A stretch of DNA of 63,931 nucleotides, counting the filler, from Trypethelium eluteriae (Eukaryota), in assembly GCA_051942245.1 (NCBI GenBank). It is 3 parts of 3 records of this genome, joined end to end, with 100 filler letters (N's around TTAATTAATTAA, not from the genome) between each part and the next. Parts side by side here need not be neighbours in the genome. Positions count along the whole stretch, not along the records: positions 1 to 22,328 come from JAVECL010000446.1; 2 more parts are not named here. The stretch is one strand, 5' to 3'. The position numbers and the translations under genes are program-made. The notes below the pieces were generated by a model. That model was not told where the DNA came from. It saw only the letters and a program-made list of their open reading frames with translations, and did no database searches. The number at the start of each line of letters is the position of its first letter. Position 1 is the stretch's first letter. Positions 1-11,454 of the stretch are shown here, piece by piece.

Positions 1-343
1 GGGAGTGCATCCGCCGCTGAAGTTTGCGGTGAGTTATAGTGGGTTTGGGGCGAGTACGAATCCGCTTTATCAGGCATTCTATGAGCCGAAGATTAAGACG
101 CCGATGCTGCATTTTTTGGGGAGTCTGGATACGGTGGTGGAGGAGGCGAGGAGTTTGAGACTGGTGGATGCGTGCGAGGTTAAGGAGGGGAGGGTGGTAT
201 ATCATCCAGGGGGCCATTTTCTGCCCAGTAGTCAGAAGCAATATGTCAACGCGCTTATTGCGTTCATTCGAGAAGTAATAGAGAGCAAGGAGGGTCCGGC
301 AAAAACCAATGAAAAGGCCGAGGACATGGATGTACCATTCTAA
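1..343 (+). CDS. FSH1/OVCA2-family serine hydrolase, 3' part (5' end outside window)
   Basis: Translation has FAVSYSGF, KIKTPMLHFLGSLDTVV (catalytic Asp region) and HPGGHFLP (catalytic His), typical of the FSH1 C-terminal half; stop TAA 341-343. Confidence 0.8.
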   Translation, partial: GVHPPLKFAVSYSGFGASTNPLYQAFYEPKIKTPMLHFLGSLDTVVEEARSLRLVDACEVKEGRVVYHPGGHFLPSSQKQYVNALIAFIREVIESKEGPAKTNEKAEDMDVPF

Positions 344-523
344 GATTCTTTGATATCAGCTATGGGGTTGCGAGGCCATGAGCCTGTCGGTCGCTTGTTG
401 CGCACCGAAGATGCAATTTCCAAATTGCTCTAGCAGCCTTTATTGCATAACTATCGTACACCGTGGGGTTCAAAAGGAAAGGGACGAATGCAAGGGTCGA
501 GATCCTCGGAGCTCCGTCAGACC

Positions 524-3500
524 TCAGCGCTTCTTCTTCTTTCCCCCGTCCTCATCATCAAGCCCACTCTGGCGATCTTTCTTCTTGGCCTTGGCCTCCA
601 TCTCATCCCAATCATCACCTTCGTCGTCTTCTGCTGACACATCTTCATCGCTGGCCTCCGCGGAAGCTTCCTCGTCAAACTCCGAATCATCCTCTGAAGA
701 CTCTTCGCTTTGGGCCATGTCGGATTCGGACATTTCAAACGCCGATTCTTCTTCGGATTCTTCTTCTTTATCCTCATCGTCGGAGTCTGCGGCAAGGAAG
801 CTCCAGCCACCATCAACAAAGAATGCATGTGGATCTGCTGTGACAGTTTTCATGATTTGGCCCCAATTCAGGTTGAGAGGCCCTTCAGAGAATGGTAATT
901 CCACCGAGTCTAGCCAATCTTTGACACCGTCAAGGCTCTCCACTGGGATCGTGTTGATATGCACGGGTGCTCGGTTGAAATCCTTGAATACAACGACCAT
1001 GTCAAAGTTCTTTAACCCGAACTGGACTCTTTCGAGGTGTACTACTTCGATATCTGCAAGGGTGACGACAAAGAAGGGTGGTTCGGTCAGCTGTACCAAG
1101 CAGTCGGTGGTAGGCTGTATTATGACACTTGATCGAGACGGCACGCCGTTGAATCCAAGCTCACGGAAGGGAACGTCGACCGAAAGATTATCATTCTTAC
1201 CAGCGTCCGAGACCTTTTCCGCAAAGGACTTGAACTCCTTGTCAAGCTGCGCCCTTCGCCGTCGCTCCTCCTGCTCGGCCTCGAACTCTTCTTCATCGCC
1301 ATACCGATGTTTGCGTTTCCGGTTGCCAGTCTCGTCGAACTGCATTTCAGTCGCTTCACGATAGAACTGTACATCTTTGGTCTTCTTCTTGCCAATGAGG
1401 ATTGGGTTGATAAGGTGAACATGAATGATCACGATGAGCTCGTGAGCTGAGGGCTGGAAGAACAGATGCTTGACGTTGCTGAAGAGAACATCGACCTTCT
1501 GACCGCCCATTCCATGGTGGTATCTGAGACCATTCTGGTGTATCTCAACAGACCCAGGTAGCCTCTTGCCATCCATGGCTGGACGTATAAAGATGGGTTC
1601 GAGCCGATAAGGGCGACGATCTGAGTTTTTGTTAGCCCAGGTTGCAATAACTTACAGTGTCTCCTTACTTCTGATTTCAACAAGCTTATCTTGTTCCACA
1701 ACGTCTTCCATATCCTTCTTCTCCTGCTCTCGCCTCACGGCAGACTTCTTGAGTTCAGTGATCTGGGTTGTAATGTCCTCTATGCGGTCAAAGTCCTTCG
1801 ATCTAAAGGTTAGACTTCGCACAAATTGCGCCGAAGGATCCTCAAATGGCTGGTCATCCTTTCGACCAACACCTTGTCCAGGGGACAGGAAATTGATGCG
1901 AAGGAACGTGTACTCTCCCTCATCCGTGCGACTGGCATTCTTGATTGTGTTGATATGGAACGGGACCGGGCGACCCATGATTGGGAGAACAACTGTCGAG
2001 CTCTTCGAATCCACAACAATCACAAGGTCCTTAACTCTTGATGGAAGCTGATTGTCTCGTTTGTACGATTCAAAGCGCTTGAACTTCTTCTCTTCCGTGC
2101 CGTTGAGATTTCCGGTTTCTTCCTTGAAACGTTCAAGACCGTATTTCTGCTTTTTTGCATGTAGCTCCTTCTGGTGTTCCCGACGGGCTGCATCTTTCTC
2201 TTCATTGACGTTCTTGTTCCTGTCCGCACGAAGGCGTGTCTTGGTGATGTTTGTTTGGGCTATTCCACCCACCTTCGACTCCTTCTTTGGCTTCTTCTGC
2301 TCAGTCTCCTCGTCATCTTTGAAATAGAAGGCATTCGTCTCGAGATCTGTGGGAGCAGTGTTCGTGAAGACGAAAGCTTCGCCACGAGTAACGCGGACAG
2401 TGTCGCTAAGAAGAAGTGAGTAGGTTCCGCTCTTCTTGTCCTGTGGCTTAGGATTTTCGATATCCTGGAAACCAGTTACGATGCTAAATGTCATGCCATC
2501 CTTGAGCGTTCGTGTATTCTTAGCGTTTAGCGAGAGTGTGGTATCGCGCCCCTCGATGCCTATTCCGTATCCGACGCTCGAAACGAAATGCTTCTCGAGG
2601 TCTGGCTTCTTTGCTTTAATTACAGCCGACGCCTTTGCGTACACGTCCTTGGCTGCCACCCCATCCCGGATTTCCTTGATGACGGTTTCGTGTACAGATA
2701 GAAGCAATCTGTATACAGACTCTTGAGACTTGTTCGGGTCTACTAAAAACGTTCTGCCAACCACGGAACTGTATGTTAGATACCTCAATCCGAGCTGAGC
2801 AATAATGACGCCTTCGTGAAGATTGTTGTCGTCTGGAGCTGCAGACGGCTTCAGATCATATTTGCCACCGCTTTGAATAATGGGTACGATATTCCAATCC
2901 AGTTGGTTTGGATCAAAATTTGCAGAGACCTTTAAGCCTTGGAGGTATTTGGTATCATCGATCTTATTGGAAAGCTTCTGCGAGAAAGTCTTGTGGGTGA
3001 TTTTGGCGCCAGAATCGATAGTTGAAGCGAGCTGGTCCGAGAGGTAACCTTTCATGATACCGCTGGAGGCTCTTGATGCGTCTCTAATAGCGCGTAGTTC
3101 CTTTTCGTCTTTGACAGCCATGACAGATGATAGCGCCGCCGCGACGTCCACTTCCTCGAGCTCCTTCAAGGCATCTCCAAAGGCCGCTTTCCATTCGTCG
3201 ACAAATGGTCCCGCAGCAGGGTCTTTCGTGAGAACTCCGACCTTTTTCTGTTCGGCGCATTAGGAATACCAGGGATACCGTGTTCAAAGATGTGGGTACG
3301 TACACCGGCAGACTTGATGACCTCGATGCACTGTTCCAACTGCTTGGCATTTTGTTCGGCATCTTTGGCTCTTACGTGAAGCTCGACTGGTGTCTTGCCA
3401 CCCTTCAGCGACTCGAGATAGGACGCTAGTATCGAAATCAGTAGAACTCTTCAACTCGATTGTCCACAGCTCCAACCTTTCTTCTTAGTTGTCACGATAT

Positions 3501-3791
3501 GTATAGCTTCCTGGGTAATCACGAAAAGTGTTGCGGGGAACTCATAGCCCAAAAGCCAGAACTGCGTGGAACAGGTTAACAGTCGTCTCGTTGAGCTTAT
3601 GAGGGTAGGGTCGGGCTTACCTGGAAGCCGTTGGCTTTCCTGAAAGTGGCAGTCTCATCAGCCTTGCCGACCACGATCACGACCGAGTTGGCGCCACCGA
3701 AAAACGCGTCACCTGAGCGCTTCCACTGCGAGATGAACGAAGCAAGGCGGTCATGGAAGACATCCTTGTCGATGGTGACTTCGTCGGCCAT
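524..3791 (-). CDS. SPT16: FACT complex subunit Spt16; 5 exons approx. 3791-3621, 3561-3477, 3425-3304, 3247-1669, 1620-524
   Basis: Spliced translation gives [13 protein letters not shown], peptidase-like N domain ([11 protein letters not shown]), [68 protein letters not shown] and an acidic C-tail; canonical GT..AG introns restore frame. Confidence 0.97.
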
Positions 3792-3922
3792 CTTCGCTTA
3801 TGAAGTCGCTAACAGATGACCTTCAAAGTGACAGAAACGGAGAGGATTGATGAAGTGAAGGAAAGAATTGGGAAGACGGTGGTGGAGCGCAGTTGTTGCC
3901 TCGCTCAGATTCAGATACTCAC

Positions 3923-3938
3923 AAACGCGGGCGCGTTT
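3923..3938. promoter_or_regulatory. Inverted pair of MCB-like ACGCG elements in the divergent SPT16 / carrier promoter
   Basis: AAACGCG-GG-CGCGTTT about 130 bp upstream of the SPT16 ATG; similarity to MBF-type sites is inference only. Confidence 0.3.
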
Positions 3939-4220
3939 CTTTCTGCCAGGCGGTGAGAAGGTCAATGGTCTGCCCGTTCTGGGACATGCGAGTACGAGTC
4001 CAACCTCAAAGCGGATAAAGATTACACCTGATCGTCTGAGCACCCGACCATGAATGGCATTCATCACGAACACCCTTCATATAAAGCGTACTCCTCGACG
4101 TGCCAAGGTTTTCGATAGTAATGAACTTTTTCTAATTCCTTATGTGTCGGTTTTGCTTCACCTCTTTTCCAACTCCATCCAAATGTCGCCGATATAATCA
4201 GCAGCATTCCGTAGGAGAAT

Positions 4221-5453
4221 ATGCCACAGGCGGCGGGAGGCTCTTCTCCCGGCCTGCCTAATAACCTTTATATCGATCCAGACTCCATTGATGATGATGT
4301 ATTGCGGAAGAAACAGAAGAAGCATGCTGCTACAGGTGCTTCAGCAGCTGGCATGCGTGCGGTCATGTCTCAAACGATAGCATTCTACTTTCGAGCTCCT
4401 GCAAAGGCTTTCTTCAGAACAAGAATAGATTACATGGCTTATGCAAAGGCCATCAATCCTCGTGTACAGCGCAACGGAGGATGGTCCTGGCGAACTACAA
4501 CACCAGGACTGCTGGCACATGCTATTAAGAATCATGGTTGGGATTTCATCCCGAAACAGGTTCTTCCACCTTTGATGGCAAATCTGAGCGTGGGTGCTGT
4601 TCTCTATACGTCCTACCTTCAATGTTTAGGCGCGATACATGAGCCAGCATCTCATGCCTCGAAGCGAGTCTACCCTCCTCCGCCCCCGAGTGCAACTTTT
4701 ACTGCAGGGTTTTTAGCAGGGACTCTCCAATCAGTTGTAGCCGCTCCTCTTGATGCCTTGCAAGTACGGTTCAACACAAGAGAAATGCTCGAAGGTCACT
4801 ATAAGAGTATCTGGCAATACTCCACTGACAAGCTCCGTGATATTGGAGTAAGAGGCATTTTTGCCGGTTGGACACTCTCTCTTGCCAAAGATAGCCTCGG
4901 GTACGGCGTTTTCTTTTCAACATTTGAGTTTGTTAAGGCTCAAGGATATTATGCGTTTCTTAAAAGATACTATGATTTTGAAAGGAACCCGAAGGCCACA
5001 CTAGCCCGAGCAGATTCAACGGATAATAGTTTAAATGGTCGTCCCACGATAAAGCCTCACTATCTCCTGGAACCGACCTTTTTGTTGCTGGCCGGGGTCG
5101 CAGCCTCTCTAACGCAGCAAGCTGTGCAATATCCTTTGACAGAATTACAAAATGTCCACTTTGAGAGGTTGGAATCTTTAGACTATCAGTGCAAACTGCA
5201 GAAGCGACACATCGATGTGTTACGAGTTTACTGGAGCGCTTATGAGAAGACCTACCAACAATGTAAAATGCAGGCACGTCGATTTGGTGGATGGGCAAAA
5301 TGGTTGTACAAAGGCTTTTGGACCAACAGCATCCGTCAGATACCGAGCACCAGCGCAGGTCTGATCGTTTTTGAGATTGTTAGAAGAAAGTATGGAATAG
5401 ACGTGGATGCTGCTCGGATTGAGAAAGAAAGATACGACATCGTTCTGACTTGA
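4221..5453 (+). CDS. Fungal mitochondrial-carrier-like membrane protein
   Basis: 410-aa intronless ORF with carrier-type Px[DE]xx[KR]-like motifs (AAPLDALQVRF, QYPLTELQ), GIFAGWTLSLAKDSLGYGVFFSTFEFVK and LYKGFWTNSIRQIPSTSAGLIVFE. Confidence 0.8.
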   Translation: MPQAAGGSSPGLPNNLYIDPDSIDDDVLRKKQKKHAATGASAAGMRAVMSQTIAFYFRAPAKAFFRTRIDYMAYAKAINPRVQRNGGWSWRTTTPGLLAHAIKNHGWDFIPKQVLPPLMANLSVGAVLYTSYLQCLGAIHEPASHASKRVYPPPPPSATFTAGFLAGTLQSVVAAPLDALQVRFNTREMLEGHYKSIWQYSTDKLRDIGVRGIFAGWTLSLAKDSLGYGVFFSTFEFVKAQGYYAFLKRYYDFERNPKATLARADSTDNSLNGRPTIKPHYLLEPTFLLLAGVAASLTQQAVQYPLTELQNVHFERLESLDYQCKLQKRHIDVLRVYWSAYEKTYQQCKMQARRFGGWAKWLYKGFWTNSIRQIPSTSAGLIVFEIVRRKYGIDVDAARIEKERYDIVLT

Positions 5454-5678
5454 ACCGCTGCACCTGCAAAGGAGTGCTTCAAGCTTTGATACCCAAGCAA
5501 TTGTATTTCAGTCTCCACTAAATGAGTCATTGTTCTCTGAATTGAAGGAGTAGTAGGGACCGTATATGCATTGCTTGATACTGCTAAACTGCTGAAGCAA
5601 GAAATTTGGACATATTACAATAAGCCAACAGAGCCAGCTCAGTCTATAGAAAGGAAATCAAACACTTACTATGCCGGC

Positions 5679-7940
5679 TCAAGACACCATTACGAATTGT
5701 CCGAGTGCCGGAATGCCGTCGACTACGACATAAACCACATACGGCCCTGGCGGCACCACCTCAGGCCCAGGCGGCATCGTTGCAGTCAAGGTCTGGCTCG
5801 TAGCCCCAGCCATCCATCCTGTAGTATCTAGGACTGCCATCCGCTGCCCCATATGCAAACTATGCGTCACAAACCCATTCGTATACAGCACCACCTGCGC
5901 CGACTGCGACCCAGCTGGCACCCCAAAGCGAACCGTGAAAGTGCTTCCATCCGCATGCAGCGCGGCCGTCGAGAGCGCAACATTCGCGGGTCTCCGATTC
6001 GCACTGTCCCCCGACAGATATGGCGGCGTGTAGATCTCCACTCGAAACTCAGTCACGAATGGATTCTGCGGCGACGCCTGCAGAATGGGCATCTGAACGG
6101 GGTTGGAGCCTGCGACCATGACGGTGCCGTCGAGCAGGAGGAGCGCGACGCTATGGTAGAGGCGCGGGATCGTGCTGTTGGCAGCGTTGGTCCAGCGCTG
6201 GCCGAGGGGTTGAGTCGAGTTGTAGACTAAGGCTTCGAGGGTGGGTTCTTGGCCGAGGCCGAAGCCCTGGGCACCTTCGTTGCAGCCGTTCAGGAAGATG
6301 ATGGTACCGTCTGGGAGGAGGGTGCCCTCGACCATGCCGCGGCCTTGGGGCATGCTGTCCATCTCCCAGCTAGGGTGCGGAGAGAGAGGTTGAATGCGGC
6401 CGCAGGATGGATCGGTGGGGGAGGTGATGTCTTGGTATTGTCCACCACCCTGTTGAACGTTAGCATTATATTAAGAAAGCTTTGCAGTGTATTCACCTAC
6501 GCAGATAATAATGTCCGGATTCCATTGGTTAGAACTTGAAAGAGGTAGGAGAACACTGGTTCCCGTATTTGGATAAGTTCGATACATTCCAGGGAGATCG
6601 GGGAATGAAGTGATTGTCGAATTGGTGCTCACATTGAACGTCTCGGCGCTCTTAGACACAAATACGAAAAGAGATCCGTCTCGAAGTAGATGCAAATAAG
6701 GATACATATAATAAGGCTCGTGCCTAGCCAGTATCTCCATCGGTATAGAGCCACCATGTGATACGCCGTTAACGTCAAGGACCTCGTATGTGGGGTTGTT
6801 GTTTGCTGATACAGTCGGATTGAGACCGTTGATACTTCCAGATGCTACGAATATCGTGCCGTCTTGCATGACCTGAGCAGATGGATACCAGCGAGCGGAC
6901 GAAAGTTTATTTCCCGGTTCGATCCAGGACTGGCCATTCAAATTTGCATCGGTCGGTGAACGAGTAAGATATCTTATTGCCGTGAACCCATCGCCAACGG
7001 TAGGATCAGTGTCAGGAAGGGGAGCATTTCCGCCAAGAGACACGAGCGTTCCATTCGCTAGGAATTGTCCCCCAGCACAAAATGCATTGGTATTGTAAGC
7101 AAGTGGAATAACAGTGTTTGACTGCGGGTCATATTCTGCTGAATAGGCATATTGATTGTCACTTAGCTTTAGCTGCGTGTAGTTTTCAACCTTATCCAGG
7201 AACACCACGCGACCGTTGGGGAGCAGAGCAGCATGCATCGCCGGGACACCGGATTGGCCAACGACGTTAAAGGAGCCGGGATCTGCGGCCAACGGTGCTT
7301 GACTTGGTCCAGGAGCTGGAACGACTGGAGCTGAGTCACAGGGTCCCGATTGACATCCAGTGCCACAATGGGAAGATGTATTCCCACAAAAGCCATACTG
7401 AGAGCAGCAAGAACCTCTAGACCAATCGCCGCAGACAGTACCACCATGTGAGATCCCACAAGTGCCATCAGTGGTCACTGGTCCGGTAGACTGAGGTACA
7501 TCAGAGGCAGTTGACGCTGGAGGAGGACCAAGAATGGGTTCAGAAGAGGCTGCTAGGGAAGATGACGCCGCTGCGTCGGACACCGGCTGTGTCGAAGTGC
7601 TTGAGCTGGATGGGTCTAAGGAGGTTAAGGAAGCAGGTGGATTGGGAGGAGGAGGACTGTCGTCACACCCGCTCTGACAGCCTTGAGGCACCTCGCAATG
7701 CGCTGGAGTACTTCCGCACCAACCATGCGCCGAGCAGCAAGGACCGTAAGGACCGGCGGGGTCGCAGAACGCATCTTTAGGAGGTCAGTATGCAAGAGAG
7801 TGCTGCGAACTGACATAAGTCTTACGGTTAAAGCTGATTCCACACCGTCCAGGCGGCGGTGGCATTGAGGATGTTGAAGCAGCTAGACATGTAAATAGGT
7901 TTACGAGGCCGCCAAAGCCAGCTAATAAGATAGCCTTCAT
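5679..7940 (-). CDS. Secreted copper radical oxidase (glyoxal oxidase-like, AA5_1) with two N-terminal hevein/CBM18-type chitin-binding modules; exons approx. 7940-7826, 7774-6501, 6449-5679
   Basis: Signal-like MKAILLAGFGGLVNLFTCLAA; Cys modules CCSAHGWCGSTPAHC and CCSQYGFCGNTSSHCGTGCQSGPC; AA5 motifs PAMHAALL, NAFCAGG, RWYPS, YMYPY, RLYHSVALLL, FVTHSLHMGQR. Confidence 0.92.
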
Positions 7941-9195
7941 CGTAACAGATTGTAGTAGATCAAGATGAGATTCCGTGGGGACTTTTGGGCGAGTATATCC
8001 CAGATAGATGAAGAGGAATGAATTGAGGATGTAGTGAATGCTCCCATGTGAAAGGCAAGTCTTGCATCTAAGAGATAGTGAAGTTTCGCATCTCGCTGTA
8101 ACTGAAAGATCTGACCAGGCGATGGAGGCTGCCCATTTTAGAATCTCGCATATTGGCAGGGTAACGTGTTTGGAGAGTAGATCACGTTTTCAATTCCCAT
8201 ATGTCCAAGCCACATCTGCTTTGCATATCTGCCTAGTATAGATATCGGAAAGTGCCAAGGACAGCCACCTTGATAAATTACCTGACCTACCTTAGGAAGA
8301 TATACCACACACACAAGTCTCCAAGGTAGGCAGTATGACAGGGAACCGCAGGCGCCGCTTCCGCACCTGACCACGTTGATACAAAGGGCAGGCACGATTG
8401 CGGTAGCAGCATCCCAGCATTGTGACAAAAGGAAACGCACACAAGGTAGCACAAATCACTTGCAGGCGGCCCCAGACAGCTAGACTTCCAGATACTGTCG
8501 CACCAGGAATGTCAAGAGATGTATCTATTTGGAGATACACCAAGTGATCCGATAGCCTCAGATGAAATTGGTTGGAAGATGGAGTTCGGGACGAGAACCA
8601 CGCTTAGTCAGCTCGCCCATCGATCACCAGGGGCTGTGATGAGAAACGTCAACAGAGACGGCGAGACCAAGGCTTAGGACAACTGCCTTTACCTTAAGAA
8701 TATGTTGGGGTCCTTCGAACTCCCTATAGCCAAGATGAGGTATTAGGGCGATTCCTAATAGATTTCTTTTCCATATCGTTCGCAGCACTTTTTCTCACCC
8801 CGTCAAACGCATTTTACTGAGGGGCTTCCTCAAACCTGTGAAGGTCAGAAATTCGACTACATCTGCCAACACCGACATTCTCATCTCGCTCAATGGTGTC
8901 ATGGGGCAGTGTACACACAAGGCATTCCAGATGGGGGCGGAACCTCTACGCGCAATGATGCGGTGGCGCTCACGTCTTTCAGCTCTGCACGTGATATCCG
9001 ACTGTCTTGCAAGAGGCTCTGGAGGAAGTAGTCTGGATTTTCTGGCTTACATGGGCTATCTGGAGCATTATTGAGCCGATGCAGATCCACTAATGGATTC
9101 GGATGGTATGAAGCGAAGCCTGAGTACAAATTCTGTTCTCGACCCCGGCCGCCGCTAATTTCAGAAACATCGTGAATTGTGGATCGTGCTTCACC

Positions 9196-11454
9196 ATGCA
9201 AGCTCTGTTCGGCTTGAGCAATAAGACCGACACGAAGGACGAAAAGAAGGCTGGTGTCGAACGTGGGGGTGCTCAAGAAAGCAGTGCATACTGCTATACG
9301 CGTCTCTCAAAGGGATCCATTCGCTTGCTCAAGCTTTTACCTGGCGGAACCGACGAGCCTTTACGTGGCTCTTTAATAGCGACGCCTTTGAGGGGCTCCA
9401 CAAATTTCCAGCTCGAAAGGGAAGAAGACTCCGAAAGACCATCAAAGCTAGAATCTGAGGATGATGATACATCATCGCTTGAGTCTTGGGCTGCTTCTGA
9501 AAGCGACTCCGATCGGGAAGGCTTCAAACTGCCTTTTTTCAGCAACCGAGCCCCCAAGTTTACTGCAATATCTTATCGCTGGGGCCCTCCTGTATTCGAT
9601 CATCGCATTGAACTGGATGGCGGCTTTCTGAACATCACAGAATCTGCTGCTGGGGCTCTCCGCCGCTTCCGAGACCGCAAGCATTCAAGCAGGATTTGGA
9701 TTGATTCAATCTGCATCAATCAGGACGACAGAATCGAGAAAGAGGCACAGGTGTCTATGATGGGTGACATTTACGAGAATGCTTCCAAAGTCCTAGTTTG
9801 GCTAGGCGATGCTACTCCTACAGACTGCTACGCATTCTGGTCAATGGCAGTTCTCGGTCCGTCCGGCTCATCTAAAGGAGAGGATAAAGCCGTCGATTGG
9901 CCTGATATGAAAGACATGGTAGAAGATTGCGGCAATCAGACTTCGGACGTGATGGTATCACGGATGGCGCCGGATAAATGCCCTTTCTGCTCTGGAAGCA
10001 TGCGAGTTCCAAGCGCTCCTTTACCGGGGCAGCCTGAGCCTGGCATTCTTACCCGCGCGTTTCAATTGTTTCAAAGCGAAAAACAGTATACAATGTGGGA
10101 TTCTGTGGCAATGCTATTGCAAAAGCCGTATTTCTTTCGATTGTGGCCGTTTCAAGAAGTCTTGCTGCCCGGCCAGGAGCGGATATGGTATTTTGCTGGA
10201 CAGCACTACGTAAAAGGCCCGGATTTGCACAAGTTTGCTGGACATTATCTCGAAACGCTTGGGTCAGTTGACCTAACTCATGACGTTAGCTACAAGAGAT
10301 TCCAACAATTGATACAGGGAAACGACGATCGCAAAGAACACGAACTGATAGAAGTACTACTTAACACTGCCTCTATGGAATCATCGAATGCGCTGGATCG
10401 AGTTTTTGCCGTTAGAGCATTGATGCGCCCGGACGACGCTAGATATCTGGCTCCCAATTACGGTTTGCAGGCCAATGACTTGTGGACGAGAGTTGTTCAA
10501 CGCTATATTAAGTCATCGGCGCCAGATTCGCTTCTCCTTGCTTTGGCTGGGTACCAGCGATGCATGTCACCTATCGACAGCTTGGACTTGCCATCTTGGA
10601 TTCCGGACTTCAACCGCCTCTCCTCCGGTCCATGCTTGGGTAAGCTCGCTGCTCATAAAGCTGCTACAGATCACACGTTCAAGATTCAGACAAGTGATGA
10701 CAACACCATCTCCACAAAGTCGAAATGCTATGGCACTGTCGAACAGCAGTTCAAAGGCAACGAGAGGCTGCTGACCTATCCTAACAATTTCACCCGTTTT
10801 GTTGGCGAACACGACCGACACAAAGCCAACCTGCCACCTCCAGATTTAAGGTCGAAACTCGTCCTGACGCAGATGCTACTTCCATGGTTCTCCTGGTGCT
10901 ATCACCACATCAATTCCACCCTGTCGCATCATTCTAAGACTCTCGATTTCGACAAACTCGGCGCCTTTCTCCGCCAAGGCCACCCAGCGACCCAAAGCAT
11001 GCGTGACGACAAACCTTATACCCGAGACGACGGCTATACAAGACCAATGGATGACCAAATTCAAGTCGAAGTCGCTGCGGGCTACTTCTCCGTAGGCCAG
11101 TTCTTTGGCCTGAACTCCTCTCGTCGTCCAAAGATCACTTGCAGTCTAGATCCAGTTAAGACATTGCCCATGCCGTGGGAGCCCAAGGCTTCTTTCATCG
11201 ATGATCGGAGAGTCCTCTGCTCGCTCCGAGATGGGCGTATGGGATGGCTGCCAGAGACTGCTCGAGCCGGTGATGAGGTGTGGCTTTTGCAGGGCTGCTC
11301 CATCCCGTTCATCCTGAGGAAACGGGATGATGGCAGCTTTGAGAATTTGGGGGATGCGTATGTGGAGGGTGTTGGCCAATATGAGTCAATTTGCAAGCAG
11401 AACGGAACTGGTGTAGATGACAAGCAGGAAGTCGTTCAGATCCTGATTCGATAG
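9196..11454 (+). CDS. HET-domain (heterokaryon incompatibility, HET-6-like) protein
   Basis: IRLLKLLPG, FTAISYRWG, IWIDSICINQDDRIEKEAQVSMMGDIYENASKVLVWLG, YFFRLWPFQEV, DRVFAV, LPSWIPDF, GDEVWLLQGCSIPFILR, LGDAYVEG; first ATG at 9196. Confidence 0.92.
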   Translation: MQALFGLSNKTDTKDEKKAGVERGGAQESSAYCYTRLSKGSIRLLKLLPGGTDEPLRGSLIATPLRGSTNFQLEREEDSERPSKLESEDDDTSSLESWAASESDSDREGFKLPFFSNRAPKFTAISYRWGPPVFDHRIELDGGFLNITESAAGALRRFRDRKHSSRIWIDSICINQDDRIEKEAQVSMMGDIYENASKVLVWLGDATPTDCYAFWSMAVLGPSGSSKGEDKAVDWPDMKDMVEDCGNQTSDVMVSRMAPDKCPFCSGSMRVPSAPLPGQPEPGILTRAFQLFQSEKQYTMWDSVAMLLQKPYFFRLWPFQEVLLPGQERIWYFAGQHYVKGPDLHKFAGHYLETLGSVDLTHDVSYKRFQQLIQGNDDRKEHELIEVLLNTASMESSNALDRVFAVRALMRPDDARYLAPNYGLQANDLWTRVVQRYIKSSAPDSLLLALAGYQRCMSPIDSLDLPSWIPDFNRLSSGPCLGKLAAHKAATDHTFKIQTSDDNTISTKSKCYGTVEQQFKGNERLLTYPNNFTRFVGEHDRHKANLPPPDLRSKLVLTQMLLPWFSWCYHHINSTLSHHSKTLDFDKLGAFLRQGHPATQSMRDDKPYTRDDGYTRPMDDQIQVEVAAGYFSVGQFFGLNSSRRPKITCSLDPVKTLPMPWEPKASFIDDRRVLCSLRDGRMGWLPETARAGDEVWLLQGCSIPFILRKRDDGSFENLGDAYVEGVGQYESICKQNGTGVDDKQEVVQILIR

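Noticed and set aside
378..1364. 328-aa Ser-rich plus-strand ORF
   Set aside because: Antisense shadow of the acidic SPT16 C-terminal exon.
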